From a virus (taxonomy: Duplodnaviria > Caudoviricetes): a stretch of 26,276 bases of DNA. The notes under the pieces were generated by a model. The model searched no databases. It was given only the letters and a program-made list of their open reading frames with translations, and was not told where the DNA came from. Within the stretch, counting starts at the first letter, position 1, and the number at the start of each line of letters is the position of its first letter. The position numbers and the translations under genes were made by a program. Below, piece by piece: positions 24,587-26,276 of the stretch. The stretch spans positions 1 to 26,276 of the IMG/VR virus record IMGVR_UViG_3300046466_000063; one strand, written 5' to 3'.

Positions 24587-26239
24587 TTAATTATTTGGTT
24601 TATTTGGATCAATTGGTGTAAATCCACTTCCAGTATTTTCTGATGAAAATGCGTCTTGTGCTGTTCCAAATTTTTCTTGTCTCATTAAAAAAGTATCTTC
24701 CATTGTATCAATGCTATCTATATCTCTTGCAAATTGTTCTATAGATATAGTTCCTTCCGCACTTTTATAATTGTTAGCAATCTCTGTTCTTCTATCTTCA
24801 AAATATTTTGCTGGATTTTTAAAATCTTCTTCAGACGGATTTGGAAGAGAAATAGTTTGTATTGGAGAAACCTCGTAAATATTTGGTAATTGTGATTTAT
24901 CCAAATAAGCAGTAGCTGTTTGAGTGTAGGCATCTTTTGGATCTACACCTTTTAAAACCAATTGATCAAACATATCAATAGCATTTATGTATTTATATTC
25001 ATCATCGGTATCTACTTTTTTGGAAGACCAAAAAGCATTTCCTATAACAGATTTTCCTAAACTAGCTTCTAATTTCTTTTTTAAATTAGTGTAGTTTGTC
25101 CAGCCTGGCTGATCTTGATCGTATTTTTCAAATATGTTTATAAATTTTTCAGCGTCTTTAACATTTAATCTTGAAAGAACTTCTGGATTTAAAATTATAG
25201 TTTCTCTTAATGTATCTATTTCATCAACAGCTGATGCTGAAGCTATAGCACCATTTACAAAATCTAATATATTATAATCCGAAACCTCAACTTCTCCATT
25301 ATACATTTTGTATAAAGAGTTTCGTTGTGCAGAGTTAATTTGACCTAATTTATATATATCATTAATATTATCTAAAGATGGTGGATCGTCATCATCTTTA
25401 AATTTTCTAACCATATAAATATAGTTGGAAATTTTTTGCTTTGTATCTGCTCTTTCAACTCTTTCAGCTTCTAAATTTTCTAAATTCATTTTTGAAATTA
25501 AAGCATTTTCAGCATTCTTAATGGCAATGTCAGCTTCAACTGGTGTTAAACCTTCTTCTTTTTCAAACTGTTCTTTTCCAATTTGCAATATACTTATTGG
25601 ATCATTTTCCGTTCTAAAAGCTAATTGAAATTTTTTAGTTCTTAATTCACTTTCACTTTTTAATTTGGCTAAAGCTTTAGCACTATATCTTTTAGTAAAT
25701 TCTGGATTTGAAAATAAAATACTTTTTTTATCTTTTGCTTGTTTTCTTTTAATTGGATCGTTAGATGCTTCTTCCATATCCAAATTCATTATATCTTGAC
25801 TATCACCTTCAATAGTTTCGTTTAAATGATTTGAAATAATTTTAGTATATAAATTTTTAAATTCGTTAGATCCTTCTTGATATAAATAATTAGTAATTAA
25901 AGTCTGAACTTCTGGATTATATTGTTTTAATAATTCTCTATATTCTTTTGGATCTATTTCTTTTAAAAAATTATCAGCATCTTCAATGTTCGTACTACTA
26001 TCGTAAGCAGTTTTTTTAGAAATAATATCTCTATCAAGCTTTAATTTAACTTTTCTAAAAGTGTTTTTATCTTCTTGTTTTTTTGTTTTTTCTTTAGTGT
26101 CCTCAACAAGTTTACCAGCGAAAGATAAAGAATTTCCTATTTGTAAAGCTAGACTTTGATCTAATCTAGCAGCTTCAATATTAGGAGTTGTTGGTGCTTG
26201 TATTCTTGATGTAGATCTATTAATTTTAATTATTGCCAT
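24587..26239 (-). CDS. Putative internal virion protein
   Basis: 550 aa, helical and charged; synteny only. Confidence 0.6.
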   Translation of the reverse strand: MAIIKINRSTSRIQAPTTPNIEAARLDQSLALQIGNSLSFAGKLVEDTKEKTKKQEDKNTFRKVKLKLDRDIISKKTAYDSSTNIEDADNFLKEIDPKEYRELLKQYNPEVQTLITNYLYQEGSNEFKNLYTKIISNHLNETIEGDSQDIMNLDMEEASNDPIKRKQAKDKKSILFSNPEFTKRYSAKALAKLKSESELRTKKFQLAFRTENDPISILQIGKEQFEKEEGLTPVEADIAIKNAENALISKMNLENLEAERVERADTKQKISNYIYMVRKFKDDDDPPSLDNINDIYKLGQINSAQRNSLYKMYNGEVEVSDYNILDFVNGAIASASAVDEIDTLRETIILNPEVLSRLNVKDAEKFINIFEKYDQDQPGWTNYTNLKKKLEASLGKSVIGNAFWSSKKVDTDDEYKYINAIDMFDQLVLKGVDPKDAYTQTATAYLDKSQLPNIYEVSPIQTISLPNPSEEDFKNPAKYFEDRRTEIANNYKSAEGTISIEQFARDIDSIDTMEDTFLMRQEKFGTAQDAFSSENTGSGFTPIDPNKPNN

Positions 26240-26241
26240 AT

Positions 26242-26276
26242 TTAACTCGTTAAAATACTTTCACCACCAGAGCTTT
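26242..26276 (-). CDS. 3' end of upstream structural gene (partial)
   Basis: ...SSGGESILTS-stop, ending 2 nt before the next ATG. Confidence 0.45.
   Translation of the reverse strand, partial: SSGGESILTS

Larger units (their letters stand above)
1..26276. mobile_element. Temperate podovirus-like bacteriophage genome segment (HTVC010P-like marine phage by gene content; host likely Alphaproteobacteria/SAR11)
   Basis: Terminase, integrase, repressor, recombination, lysis, tail and internal virion genes throughout, and no cellular housekeeping genes. Phage identity is strong; lineage and host are inferred from recalled family resemblance and low GC. Confidence 0.9.

Noticed and set aside
22445-25628. 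Short ORFs 22445-22654, 24739-24933 and 25425-25628
   Set aside because: Nested in or antisense to long structural genes; no SD or motif support.

Overview
The whole 26.3-kb window is an AT-rich (roughly 30% GC by eye) fragment of a temperate, podovirus-like dsDNA phage, with no host housekeeping genes. Gene content and order resemble marine HTVC010P-like (SAR11/Pelagibacter) phages; that host assignment is inference. From left to right: (-) terL, an orphan C5-cytosine methyltransferase locus, terS, an HGGxSTG protein and late/early regulators; a divergent switch at about 5.3-5.5 kb; (+) repressor-like and Xis-like genes, exonuclease, annealase, SSB and small genes; (-) a tyrosine integrase with an attP-like region; (+) a complete tRNA-Ser(GCT); (-) lysis cassette, lectin-like tail proteins, tail fibre and internal virion proteins. 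The most striking feature is the methyltransferase, which is encoded in two fully nested same-strand reading frames. The outer frame has motifs I-VIII and X. The inner frame has its own Shine-Dalgarno and carries motif IX plus three tandem 'PTP' target-recognition-like modules. This suggests an M.EcoHK31I-type split enzyme that may also be modular and multispecific. Also noted: candidate attP arm and core repeats, a shared TCTC-N6-GAGAA operator, a gene with an in-frame amber codon, apparent GANTC depletion and several small ORFs missed by the ORF track.
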